A DNA stretch of 37,348 nucleotides, taken from an uncultured Candidatus Saccharibacteria bacterium (lineage in GTDB: Bacteria > Patescibacteriota > CALEFQ01). Both the position numbers and the translations under genes were made by a program. Each line of letters begins with the position of its first letter. Within the stretch, counting starts at the first letter, position 1. The notes under the pieces are model-generated. The model saw nothing but the letters and a program-made list of their open reading frames with translations. It was not told the DNA's origin and made no database searches. The stretch spans positions 24,194 through 61,541 of the forward strand of contig CAYMJO010000001.1 in the NCBI GenBank assembly GCA_964391305.1. The letters are read 5' to 3'. Below, one piece after another: positions 7,769-17,071 of the stretch.

Positions 7769-7990
7769 AGAGAAAAAATGTAATTTTTTCTGCTTTTCAA
7801 CGTTATAATTATAAAGGATTCATGCAAAAAATCCACTGTTTTTAGATTAACAACGTTTTTTTATGGAGATAGTTTGAGACCTGTTTCTGCAAAAAATATC
7901 TCTTATCAAACATACTTCCTATTTCTCAACTTAGACGGCAAATGCTCTTGATCAATTTTAGCATTTTTATAATCATGCCATACTTAATAA

Positions 7991-8623
7991 TTATTTTTTA
8001 AACTTTATTAAAAGCTTTGTTGCTCTGCTTTTAATATTAGACTTACTATTACTAGAATATTTTTCTGCAAATTTAAGAACTTTATTTTTAGTTTGACTAT
8101 CTAAAACAGAGGCCATTCTTTCAACAGCTTCAAAAATTGCATTTTCTTGTCTAGGTACCGTGGTAAAAGCTTTTTCTAAAATGGGAAAAACCCTTTGAGC
8201 ATATTTTTCAGAAACTGCACCAAGATAACCTAGATAAATTATTGTTCTGTTCCAGAGGCAGGCGCCGCTATCCTCTTTAATAAAAGACCGTGCTTTATTA
8301 AGCGCTTCTTCGGCAATTTTAGGGTTTAATTTAGCACAAAGTCCGTACGTGCGAATAATCATCCAACGAGTTTGAGCTTCAGGCGTGTCGAAGGCTGGCT
8401 CTAAATTTTTTAGTAATCCTGCGACAAGCTCTGGTTTCTTTTCGGCAACCATTTCTATTATTTTAGCGGCGCCGGTCCTGACATTTTTATCATCGTAGTT
8501 TATTAATTCGATTGCCTCTTTTAATATCTCCCTTTTGCCCTTAAGAACTTGATTTGCTAAAGATTTTCCTAAAGCTGAGGAAAGGGTTCCTTTATTGTTT
8601 TGGAGTTGTTCTAAAATTGACAC
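7991..8623 (-). CDS. All-helical HEAT/ARM-repeat-like protein, function unknown
   Basis: 210-aa ORF with an apparent GTG start. Repetitive helical pattern (NVRTGAAKIIEMVAEKKPELV...) resembles HEAT repeats or DNA-alkylation-repair-like proteins. Confidence 0.4.
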   Translation of the reverse strand: MSILEQLQNNKGTLSSALGKSLANQVLKGKREILKEAIELINYDDKNVRTGAAKIIEMVAEKKPELVAGLLKNLEPAFDTPEAQTRWMIIRTYGLCAKLNPKIAEEALNKARSFIKEDSGACLWNRTIIYLGYLGAVSEKYAQRVFPILEKAFTTVPRQENAIFEAVERMASVLDSQTKNKVLKFAEKYSSNSKSNIKSRATKLLIKFKK

Positions 8624-8759
8624 AGTGGTTAAAGGTTAAAAAATAATTTTATTTAGCTGTGAACCAGATATACGCTGTTATATAACGTATTTTGGTAGCG
8701 TAATAAACTTAAAGAATTAGAGGGCGAAAAAATTTTACGTTGCAATTTAAAAAATTTTC

Positions 8760-9092
8760 TTAATTTAAATCTTGAGGTCTGTGCTTTTTCATTAACTCTT
8801 TAACTTGAGCGCTTTTTGCTTCTTGTAAAGCAAGATTGGGATCGAAAAGTTTATCTATATCCACTTTTTTTTCAGTGCCGTCAGGAAGATGTATCATAGC
8901 AATTTTACCACCGCTAAATATCTCTTTTATTTTCCACGCAAAATCATTTGGCGGAGTATCATCAATATTTGCTACTATATCACCGACTTCGAAACCTCTT
9001 TTTTGCGAAAGCTCAAGTGATCGCCTTTTACCTAGTTCGATATAATATTCATACTCTTCAGATATTCCAAAATCTGGTTGTTCGGGCCTCAT
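8760..9092 (-). CDS. Hypothetical protein
   Basis: 110-aa ORF from ATG 9092 (the track uses TTG at 9104). No recognisable motif. Confidence 0.45.
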   Translation of the reverse strand: MRPEQPDFGISEEYEYYIELGKRRSLELSQKRGFEVGDIVANIDDTPPNDFAWKIKEIFSGGKIAMIHLPDGTEKKVDIDKLFDPNLALQEAKSAQVKELMKKHRPQDLN

Positions 9093-9276
9093 ATTTTTGA
9101 TCAAATTTTTTAATTATTTCCGATAACTCATTATACAAACTTTTTATTTTAACAGCCCGAATTTGTATATTATGCAAACTGATGCTATTTTTTAATTCAG
9201 TGTATTTAACGGTCATACATAGAGATTATACCATTAATCTCCTATGCAAGACCCTAGTTTTTAAAAAAAAGCAACG

Positions 9277-9293
9277 ATTAGAACAAGTAGAAC
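9277..9293. repeat. Right copy of the 17-bp inverted repeat (ATTAGAACAAGTAGAAC)
   Basis: Exact reverse complement of 7224-7240. Ends 2 nt before the ccdA-like stop codon. Confidence 0.6.
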
Positions 9294-9294
9294 C

Positions 9295-10017
9295 TTAAGT
9301 GAGCAACATCCAAATCCCAAACCCAATTAAAATTACTCCCATCGAAAGCTTCATCCATTTTTTGCTGCGATGCTCCCATTCTTTCAGATCGACCATTTTC
9401 TTGCCAGACCAAACTAAAATAAGAATCACGATGAGAGGCAATACGAACAAAAAATTATAAAGCCCAAGATAGCCAACTATCCCGACCTTGCTTACATCTG
9501 AACGCGAAAGCACGTCAAGCACGCCGGCATAAAGCGGAAGAGAACACGGCACTTCAAAGATCGTGACAAGGACAGCGAGAACAACAGTTGAAAGCAAAGT
9601 TGTTTTGGAAACCCATCTCTGCAAGAACGGACGCACTTTTTTTGATATCTCAAGGCTTGGACCGACACCGTAAAACGCAAAATCCTTGACATTGATAGCG
9701 CCAGCGATTATTAGTATGCCGCCGAGAACCAAATGAATAAGATTTGAAATTGCCGCGTACCGCGATGTATGGCTGAACTCGACCAGAACACGATAAAACA
9801 AAAGCCCGACTATAAAATACGTGGCAAAAACAACCGCGATGTAAACGACTCCCGTGCGCGGAACATCTTTTCTCCTGCCCGCAAACACTATCAAATATCC
9901 GAGAAGAAAAACAAGCATACCAATTGCGCACGGGTTTACACCGTCTGCCAATCCCAATAACAGTGCCAAGCGCAATTGACTCTGACGTAAGTCCACCCTT
10001 TGCGAAAGTCCTATCAT
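9295..10017 (-). CDS. CcdA/DsbD-family transmembrane thiol-disulfide electron transporter
   Basis: 240-aa polytopic membrane ORF with GVNPCA in the first helix and EVPCSLPLY in a later helix, the two conserved Cys motifs of the DsbD_2/CcdA family. Confidence 0.75.
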   Translation of the reverse strand: MIGLSQRVDLRQSQLRLALLLGLADGVNPCAIGMLVFLLGYLIVFAGRRKDVPRTGVVYIAVVFATYFIVGLLFYRVLVEFSHTSRYAAISNLIHLVLGGILIIAGAINVKDFAFYGVGPSLEISKKVRPFLQRWVSKTTLLSTVVLAVLVTIFEVPCSLPLYAGVLDVLSRSDVSKVGIVGYLGLYNFLFVLPLIVILILVWSGKKMVDLKEWEHRSKKWMKLSMGVILIGFGIWMLLT

Positions 10018-10474
10018 CTTCCCAACCGGAATTTACCTTATACCCTTCGTTTTCCCAAGCTGGAAATCCGCCCTCGAGAATCTTTATGTTGCGATAACCC
10101 AAATCATGAAGCTTCTTCGCCGCAGAAAGGCTCGCTTGGCATTCCGTCGCGCTGCAATACGTGACGATCTCTTTATCTTTCGCAACCTTTGCCTCGGCAT
10201 TCTTTTTGACATCGCTCAAGGGAAGACTCAACGCTCCCTGAATGTGCGCATCAACATATTCAACCCCTTGACGAACATCGAGAATGGCCAAATTCTTTTC
10301 ACCCGCGTCTATCTTCGTTTTAAGATCTGAAACAGAAATATAAACTGCTTCATACTCACAATCTTCCGAAGCATCGACATCGCAGGGCTTAACCGCGTCG
10401 GCATTTTTATAAAATAAAAAAACGCTAAAAATTATAAGAAGACAAACTGTTACTTTTTTAAAGGTAAAATTCAT
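9650..10474 (-). CDS. Secreted rhodanese-domain sulfurtransferase; ORF runs on out of frame into ccdA
   Basis: Signal peptide, then a rhodanese fold (ILDVRQGVEY..., active-site loop YCSATECQAS, GGFPAWENEGY). Only about the first 150 aa (roughly 10020-10474) look genuine. The remaining 120 aa are an R/C-rich read-through overlapping ccdA. Confidence 0.65.
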   Translation of the reverse strand: MNFTFKKVTVCLLIIFSVFLFYKNADAVKPCDVDASEDCEYEAVYISVSDLKTKIDAGEKNLAILDVRQGVEYVDAHIQGALSLPLSDVKKNAEAKVAKDKEIVTYCSATECQASLSAAKKLHDLGYRNIKILEGGFPAWENEGYKVNSGWEDDRTFAKGGLTSESIALGTVIGIGRRCKPVRNWYACFSSRIFDSVCGQEKRCSAHGSRLHRGCFCHVFYSRAFVLSCSGRVQPYIAVRGNFKSYSFGSRRHTNNRWRYQCQGFCVLRCRSKP

Positions 10475-10575
10475 ATTTAGTTTTTTTACAAAAGACGGAA
10501 AAATCAGACGCGATTCAAATTAAATGTGATCGCAACAAAAAAATTAAAAATCCAAACTCCAAACACAGAGACCGT

Positions 10576-11328
10576 TCAGCCTCGAGCCGGCATTTTAGAC
10601 TTTTTCAAATAAAACACGAGCCAAATTCCGAGAACAAAAATCGCGATCGATATAATTTGAGAAATAGTAAGCCCTCCAAAATTTCCAAAGACAAAAAACC
10701 TCGGATCGGAATAAGGGAGATCATACGCCCTGAAAAAATCGGTGATGAATCTCGCGACCGCGTACCAAATCAGAAATATAGCGAACAGAGTTCCTTTGGG
10801 AAAGTTTTTTTTGCGAAGCCAAAACCAGAGAATCAAAAAGATCGTAAGATTCGCGAGAATAGAATACATAGCGGTCTCATGGCGAAGCTCCCCGTTAAAT
10901 CCGACAGCCCAAGGAACATTTGTAACAACACCCAAGTGATCCCGTATAAAATGGCATCCGACACGGCCAATCGCAAGCTTCCAAAAATCAAGATGTTTGG
11001 CACGCGCGTATAAAATCCACGCGGCAATCGCAAAAATGAATCCGCCGTAATACACCATCCCGCCATGCCAGATTCTGAATATCTCAAGCCAATCAACAGA
11101 AAATTCTTTCCAAAACAAGAATACATAAAAAACACGCGCTCCTGCCATCGAAGCGATAAAAATAAGAAAAACCAGATTTAAAATGCTGTCAACATCGGCA
11201 TTCTCTTTTTTCGCCTGATATAAAATCAAAATCATCCCCGCGATAAATCCTAGCGCAACCATAAGACCCCATGACTGAATAGTCAGAGCACCAATATGAA
11301 ATTCAATTATTGGACCGTATGGCAACAT
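10576..11328 (-). CDS. lgt: Prolipoprotein diacylglyceryl transferase
   Basis: Polytopic membrane ORF with an Lgt-like N-terminus (IGALTIQSWGLMVALGF), GARVFYV, HGGMVYYGG and GRVGCHF motifs. ATG at 11328 preferred over TTG at 11343. Confidence 0.8.
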   Translation of the reverse strand: MLPYGPIIEFHIGALTIQSWGLMVALGFIAGMILILYQAKKENADVDSILNLVFLIFIASMAGARVFYVFLFWKEFSVDWLEIFRIWHGGMVYYGGFIFAIAAWILYARAKHLDFWKLAIGRVGCHFIRDHLGVVTNVPWAVGFNGELRHETAMYSILANLTIFLILWFWLRKKNFPKGTLFAIFLIWYAVARFITDFFRAYDLPYSDPRFFVFGNFGGLTISQIISIAIFVLGIWLVFYLKKSKMPARG

Positions 11329-11381
11329 AAATTCAAAAGTCAAAATTTAGCGATATCGATCAAGTTTTGACTTTTAAATTT

Positions 11382-12047
11382 TTAAGGAAATACAGCATTG
11401 CACTCATCCACAGAAACAATAATGTCTGCCTTCGTGATCGCTCCCGCCTTTTTACCGCAAATGAGACCACCTTTTACAAAAAAATTAGACGGAGTTCCAC
11501 GAACCCTATAAAGATTTCCCACAGAACCATCCATGTCCAACAGCATATCAAAAGGCACGCTTTCCCTCTCTTTGTAAAGCTTCACCTCTTCTCGCCCTTC
11601 TCGCAGGTTTATTAGAATGACCTTTGCCTTATCTCCCATCTCCTGCGCAAAATTTTTCAAATCGGGCAGCTGCTCTGCGCAGAACTTGCACCATGTGTTC
11701 CAAAAAGACAAGAGCAATAATCCTTGGCTGAAATCGCTGGATTTTACCATGACACCGTCTGTATTCTCAAGCGCAAAGGGAGGAGCCTCTGTGCCAAGCT
11801 CAAGCGAATAGACTTTTTTTTCCTCTTTGAGCTCATTCGCGGTTTCCCTTTTGGAAAAATCATTTGTCAAAACATAAACAACAACAATCATAACAACAAC
11901 CGCCATAATTGCAACGGCGGCAATAACATTTTTACTGTTCCTGTAACCCTTGTTTTTGAACCAAGCGTTGATTTTTTTTCTAAAGGGCAAATAGATCACG
12001 ACAGCAATAACAAGGGCAAATATTATTATCGCGAAGATTATAATCAT
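11382..12047 (-). CDS. Membrane-anchored TlpA/ResA-like thioredoxin-fold thiol-disulfide oxidoreductase
   Basis: N-terminal TM anchor, then a thioredoxin fold with FWNTWCKFCAEQLP (WCxxC active site) and RVRGTPSNFFV (cis-Pro loop). Confidence 0.75.
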   Translation of the reverse strand: MIIIFAIIIFALVIAVVIYLPFRKKINAWFKNKGYRNSKNVIAAVAIMAVVVMIVVVYVLTNDFSKRETANELKEEKKVYSLELGTEAPPFALENTDGVMVKSSDFSQGLLLLSFWNTWCKFCAEQLPDLKNFAQEMGDKAKVILINLREGREEVKLYKERESVPFDMLLDMDGSVGNLYRVRGTPSNFFVKGGLICGKKAGAITKADIIVSVDECNAVFP

Positions 12048-12191
12048 CAAATTTCAAATTATAAAACCTCTGTGTTAAAAATTTAGGTAATTGATTAGTA
12101 TATCGGACTAAATTTGATTAATTTTATTAATTTTGATATTTGCCATCTGCAATTTATGTATATTATATCCTTTTTATAAAAAACAACAAAA

Positions 12192-12950
12192 TCATCGCCC
12201 AACGCCTCTCCTGAAAAAGTACGCGCCGACAATCAGCATAGCAACGGCAAAAACAACGAGAAAACCAATATCCAGTAAAATAGGAAGCTCTGTCATCCCA
12301 ATTAGCGCCCCGCGAATGCCGTCAACGCCATAAGTCAAAGGATTTAAAAAAGTAAGCCATCTTGCAGACTCAGGCAAAACATCTATGGGGAAAAAAGATC
12401 CTGAAAGAAAAGCAATCGGAATGAGAATTATCACCATGATCTGATTGTAACTTTTTGCTTTTTTAAAAACGGAACTCAAAACAATACCAAAGCCGGAAAA
12501 TCCAAAAACGATAAGAAACATGAAGAAAACGCAGAATAAAACTCCTTCCACCCCTCTATTTGTTTTCATAAAAAAGAAAACTATAATTGAAAGGGAAACA
12601 AGAAGGGTCAAAACCTGCGTTGTGATCTCGCTCAAAATTTTTCCAACAAGTATTGAGTAGTGAGAAATGGGAACGACAAGAAGCTCCTTGATGTAGCCTT
12701 GCTTGTCGCGAATAATGGAAAATCCGACAAACATAGCGGCACCGATCGACATGACCGCAATGGCTCCCGGACCGAAAAAATCAAGATATTCGATATCAAG
12801 TCCAGGCATTTTTACAAATCTGTTCAAGCCAAATCCAATTATCAAAATACCCATCAATGGAACGATGATCGATGTCACAATAAGTCCAGGATCCGCCCAA
12901 AATTTTTTGAGCTCTCTGGTCCAGATTGTCGCTATTTCATGCCAACGCAT
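12192..12950 (-). CDS. ABC-2 type exporter permease
   Basis: 252-aa ORF with six predicted helices, N-terminal RELKKFWADP and ABC-2 topology. Downstream of the ATPase gene. Confidence 0.7.
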   Translation of the reverse strand: MRWHEIATIWTRELKKFWADPGLIVTSIIVPLMGILIIGFGLNRFVKMPGLDIEYLDFFGPGAIAVMSIGAAMFVGFSIIRDKQGYIKELLVVPISHYSILVGKILSEITTQVLTLLVSLSIIVFFFMKTNRGVEGVLFCVFFMFLIVFGFSGFGIVLSSVFKKAKSYNQIMVIILIPIAFLSGSFFPIDVLPESARWLTFLNPLTYGVDGIRGALIGMTELPILLDIGFLVVFAVAMLIVGAYFFRRGVGR

Positions 12951-13044
12951 ACGCTTACAAATTTCGCAATAATTTCAACGAATTTGCACTAATTACAAAT
13001 TATCAAATTTATAATCCGATAAGATTCGTCAAAAGAATCATAAG

Positions 13045-13989
13045 TTAGTTTTGTTGATTGTTAAATTTTTCTCCCGTATGATACAGAAAAACATCATCCA
13101 AAGTAGGCTCTCTTAAATTCAAAGATTTTATAACTGAAGGAAACTTGTCGATGAGCATTATAATCTCCACCACATGTTCTTCTCCGCACTGCACGGTAAT
13201 ACTGATCGTATTCTCTCTGATATTCATCTTTTCGACAAAGGAAAGCTTTTTCAACTCTTTCTCCAATTTGGGATCTCTCCTATCAAGTTGAACTTTAATC
13301 AAATCGCCCCCCAAAGAATGTTTGAGATTTTCCGGCGTATCCATCGCGACGATCTCCGCTTCATTTATAATTGCGACGCGATCGCAGAGAAAATCCGCTT
13401 CCTCAAGATAGTGCGTCGTCAAAAGAATTGTAACATCTGTTTTTTCGTTAAGCTTCCGTATATAATCCCAAATCAAATGCCTCGTCTTTGGATCAAGTCC
13501 GATTGTCGGCTCATCCAAAAACAAAACTTTTGGATGATGTATGAGTCCGCGCGCAATCTCAAGCCTCCTTTTCATGCCTCCAGAAAACTTGCCGACTCTC
13601 GTCTTGATTTCCGCGCCCAAACCAACAAGATTGAGAAGCTCATTTATTCTCTCCTTTATCTCTTCACGCGGCACATTGTACAAGCTCGCATGTGTAAGCA
13701 AATTATCGTAAGCCTTCAGATCCTCATCGAGAATAGTCTCTTGAAAAACGAGTCCGATGGACTTCCGCACCTTGAAAGACTCCTTCAAAACATCGTATCC
13801 GTCAACCAAAGCTCTGCCGGACGTCGGCCTAAGCAGAGTTGTAAGCATAGAAATAATCGTGGTTTTGCCAGCGCCGTTTGGTCCAAGCAATCCAAAAACT
13901 TCCCCCTTTTTTATATTAAAAGTCACGTTGTCAACGGCAACTCTGTCCCCAAATTTCTTCGTTAAATTTTCCACCACAATAGAATTCAT
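13045..13989 (-). CDS. ABC transporter ATP-binding protein (DrrA/ABC-2 subfamily)
   Basis: Walker A GPNGAGKTT, signature FSGGMKRRL, Walker B LFLDEPTIGLD and H-loop TTHY. Confidence 0.9.
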   Translation of the reverse strand: MNSIVVENLTKKFGDRVAVDNVTFNIKKGEVFGLLGPNGAGKTTIISMLTTLLRPTSGRALVDGYDVLKESFKVRKSIGLVFQETILDEDLKAYDNLLTHASLYNVPREEIKERINELLNLVGLGAEIKTRVGKFSGGMKRRLEIARGLIHHPKVLFLDEPTIGLDPKTRHLIWDYIRKLNEKTDVTILLTTHYLEEADFLCDRVAIINEAEIVAMDTPENLKHSLGGDLIKVQLDRRDPKLEKELKKLSFVEKMNIRENTISITVQCGEEHVVEIIMLIDKFPSVIKSLNLREPTLDDVFLYHTGEKFNNQQN

Positions 13990-14164
13990 ATTAAGATGTC
14001 AAGTAAACGTCCATGAATAGTCCGCAAACAATACCCAAATAACAAAAGGGCGAGGATAGCCGAGCAATGCTTTGCTATAAATATCTATGTCCACTTGCGA
14101 TTAGCGGGCAATCCGCAATCCATGTGCGCCTATTAGTTTGAAGTTTCGCATTAACAATCAAGAA

Positions 14165-14180
14165 AGCCCTTACTCGGGCT
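14165..14180 (-). terminator. Intrinsic terminator candidate after the DUF1858 gene
   Basis: Minus strand reads AGCCC-GAGTAA-GGGCT followed by TTCTTGATTG, about 30 nt after the stop at 14210. Confidence 0.45.
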
Positions 14181-14209
14181 CTATATTATAAAAAATTATT
14201 TAAACATTT

Positions 14210-14506
14210 TTATTTTGTTTCTTTACTTTTTTTCTTTCCTGAAACTTTATTCAGTTCGTTTACAACTTTTGGTATATCTTTTTCAGAAAGACCATGGGAC
14301 AGACAAGCCATTTCAATAGTTTCAAATGCCGCGGCGCCGCAGGCCATGCATCCCGGACCAAAAAATTTTGCCAAAACTTCGAAAGCCTCATCCCCATATG
14401 TCAATGCTTCCTGAATGGTTGTGTCCTTTGTAATTTTTGAAACTTCTTTGTTGGCATTATCCATAATAAAAACTTGAAAAATATTTGAAACTGATCCACT
14501 AATCAC
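14210..14506 (-). CDS. DUF1858 / hybrid-cluster-associated redox-disulfide-like small protein
   Basis: ITKDTTIQEAL...FGPGCMACGAAAFETIEMAC fits the DUF1858 CxxC domain. The GTG start overlaps the Rrf2 stop (GTGA). An alternative ATG at 14464 gives 84 aa. Confidence 0.55.
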   Translation of the reverse strand: MISGSVSNIFQVFIMDNANKEVSKITKDTTIQEALTYGDEAFEVLAKFFGPGCMACGAAAFETIEMACLSHGLSEKDIPKVVNELNKVSGKKKSKETK

Positions 14507-14931
14507 GCCTGTTTCCTCTTCTCTACTTTTCTCACCCTTTTCAAAAGATCCGAAACAGTAGTTCTTTCCAAAATCTTATTAAGCCTCTTCTGAACTTTTT
14601 CCCAAACACTCGTTAAAGCAAGACTTGAATCGCTTTCTACTTCAACCTCGGGCTCTCTCCTCTTTAGCTTGATAGGACCCTCAAGAACCTCTATAATTCT
14701 ACGTAAGGTTATCTCCGAAGGTCTTTTCGCGAGCGAAAATCCTCCGCCATATCCTCTATAGGAACGCAAAATTCCGGCTTTTGCAAGCTTTTGAAAAATC
14801 TTATTTAAGAAGCTCTGGGGTATATTTTGCGCTTCTGAAACTTCAGAAGTCAAAACCGTCTTTTTTTCCGGCTTTCTCGCAAGATAAATCAATCCCCGAA
14901 CTCCATAGTCACTTTTCTTCGTAAGCTTCAT
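14503..14931 (-). CDS. Rrf2-family transcriptional regulator, cysteine-free
   Basis: MKLTKKSDYGVRGLIYLA wHTH N-terminus typical of Rrf2/IscR/NsrR. The 142-aa sequence contains no Cys. Confidence 0.85.
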   Translation of the reverse strand: MKLTKKSDYGVRGLIYLARKPEKKTVLTSEVSEAQNIPQSFLNKIFQKLAKAGILRSYRGYGGGFSLAKRPSEITLRRIIEVLEGPIKLKRREPEVEVESDSSLALTSVWEKVQKRLNKILERTTVSDLLKRVRKVEKRKQA

Positions 14932-15021
14932 AAAAAGGTAAATTGGACCAAATTAGTCTACTATTAATTATATTCAATTTAGATAAAAAGTCAATAAATA
15001 TAATCCACAGTCACTATAATT

Positions 15022-16512
15022 ATGCAAAATATTAATTTTTACAAAATAACGGCATTCATCGGCGGTATGACAATAATGGCGGTTGAAATGGCGTCGTTTC
15101 GACTCATGGCACCATTTTTTGGGAACTCCATTATCGTATGGACAAACATTTTGGGAATAATAATGATTGCGCTCGCCCTCGGATATTATATCGGAGGAAA
15201 AATCGCAGATAAATACCCTAACCCCAAAATATTTTTCAAGATAGTAATAACGGGATCACTGCTAGTACTCGCCATTCCATTTTTTGGGAAACCACCGCTC
15301 GAGGTACTTAGCCTGTTCATCAACCATTCTTTAATTGGTTCTTCATTCGCGGCAAGCCTTGTGCTTTTTCTGATTCCATTTATTCTGTTTGGCACCATCA
15401 GTCCTTATCTGATAAGACTTTCCAACAAACTAGTCAAAAAAACAGGAAGCGTCGCGGGTACAATCTTTGCTTACTCAACCATCGGAAGCATAATCGGAAC
15501 TTTCCTGCCAACCCTTGTGACCGTGCCAATTTTTGGTGTAAAAAGGACTATCATTCTTTTCGGAGCAATACTCTGCATAAATGCCGCCATAGGCCTCGGA
15601 AAAAAAACCTTCTATCTGTTATTGGTGCCGTTTCTGTTGACGGGGCTTTGGGGAAGTAAATTTACATCGCCAAGCACAAGGGATACAATCGCACAAGCAG
15701 AAAGCCCTTACAACTATCTCGAAATTTTCAAAGACAAATATGAAAATATGTATCTGATACAAAACAATGCCATGGGCATACAGTCCATGTACAGCAAAAA
15801 TACCGTGTTGACACATGGAAAATATTGGGATTTTTTCAACATAATTCCAATCATTTCAGAAACTCAAAAACAGGACATCGCAATAATAGGTCTGGCCGGT
15901 GGAATCATCCCAAGACAATTTGATTATTTTTTTAAAAAAGAATACGACCTGCAGATAGACGGTGTGGAAATAGATCCTCAAATATCAAAGCTCGCGAAAG
16001 AATATTTCAAAATGGATTATCAAAATTTGAATATTATAAACCAAGATGGGAGAAATTTTTTGAGGCAAACTGAAAAAAAATACGATGCCATAATAGTAGA
16101 CGCATATCACGAATTCTATATACCGCAACATCTAAGCAGTGACGAATTTTTCAAAATAACAAAATCCAAGTTAAAAGAGAACGGCGTAATAGCCATGAAC
16201 TTCAACGCGGCGGACACGGAATCAGAAGTTTTTCAAAGATACATCGCAACAATAAAAAACAGCTACGAACATGTCGGTTATATGCATATTCCCGAAAGCT
16301 ACAATTACCTGATTTTAGGAACCAACGCAGATGATGATATCTTAAGTCAGATTAAAAATATTGAAACAAAAGACCCAGAACTAAGAAAAATCGTAAATGA
16401 CATAAAAAGAAACATGATTCCATCAAAAAAATCATCCGAAAAACTTATCACGGATGACTTGCCTCTATCAGAGATACTTATCGATAAAATGTATTTGGAA
16501 AATACTCCTTAG
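15022..16512 (+). CDS. Membrane-fused spermidine-synthase-like aminopropyl/methyl-transferase
   Basis: About 200-aa multi-helix N-terminal domain followed by a SAM-fold (IIGLAGGIIPRQ, VEIDPQI, IIVDAY, SDEFF), as in fused SpeE-like proteins. Confidence 0.7.
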   Translation: MQNINFYKITAFIGGMTIMAVEMASFRLMAPFFGNSIIVWTNILGIIMIALALGYYIGGKIADKYPNPKIFFKIVITGSLLVLAIPFFGKPPLEVLSLFINHSLIGSSFAASLVLFLIPFILFGTISPYLIRLSNKLVKKTGSVAGTIFAYSTIGSIIGTFLPTLVTVPIFGVKRTIILFGAILCINAAIGLGKKTFYLLLVPFLLTGLWGSKFTSPSTRDTIAQAESPYNYLEIFKDKYENMYLIQNNAMGIQSMYSKNTVLTHGKYWDFFNIIPIISETQKQDIAIIGLAGGIIPRQFDYFFKKEYDLQIDGVEIDPQISKLAKEYFKMDYQNLNIINQDGRNFLRQTEKKYDAIIVDAYHEFYIPQHLSSDEFFKITKSKLKENGVIAMNFNAADTESEVFQRYIATIKNSYEHVGYMHIPESYNYLILGTNADDDILSQIKNIETKDPELRKIVNDIKRNMIPSKKSSEKLITDDLPLSEILIDKMYLENTP

Positions 16513-16925
16513 CTGTCGCCGCCTTTTATATTTTTGGCAATGTATTTTTTTGATTTCTGCCGCCATGCCGCAAAAAACGTCAGGACGCCAATGCACATAA
16601 ATGCCGCAAGCGAAAAGCTAAGGAAAAAAACCTCATTAAGTTTGTTGAAAACTAAAACCGAAGCGACCAAAATCACCAGAAACACTATACATTTAAGAAA
16701 AGCCCTCGGGCGCTTTTCTTTTTTTTCAAAACCCTCGTTATACACGCTCAAATATCTTTTTTTAAAAACTGAAACCAGTATGGTCGGCAAAACAAAACCC
16801 AGTGCCGTTCCAATGACCAAAAACAAATCTATATTTTGAAACCAAAGATAAATTAAACCATAGCCGAAGATGGCAATGACAACAATGCTTAAGATAATAA
16901 ATACAATCTTCTTTGTCTTTAACAT
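16509..16925 (-). CDS. Hypothetical 4-helix membrane protein
   Basis: Hydrophobic ORF, ATG at 16925. Its stop overlaps the convergent spermidine-synthase-like stop (TTAG). Confidence 0.45.
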   Translation of the reverse strand: MLKTKKIVFIILSIVVIAIFGYGLIYLWFQNIDLFLVIGTALGFVLPTILVSVFKKRYLSVYNEGFEKKEKRPRAFLKCIVFLVILVASVLVFNKLNEVFFLSFSLAAFMCIGVLTFFAAWRQKSKKYIAKNIKGGDS

Positions 16926-17071
16926 AAAAGCAACAAACCCCAAAAACTAAACGCGAAGCTTTTCCTTCGATAAAACTTCAAAATAAGATATCACTGTTTA
17001 TTTTAAATTTCGGATTTGTATCTACTGTTTTTCCTAAAAATCAAGCCTAGCGACCAACCCTTGGTTCTGAC

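Noticed and set aside
13174-13965. 263-aa plus-strand ORF. Similar long antisense ORFs occur at 534-1061, 30728-31555, 31489-32139, 22679-23053, 18419-19224 and 10657-11013.
   Set aside because: These are shadow frames opposite genes with unambiguous motifs (ABC ATPase, HypE, CopA, histidine kinase, PolX, Lgt). Their translations are low-complexity and S/F/L/R-rich with no motifs.
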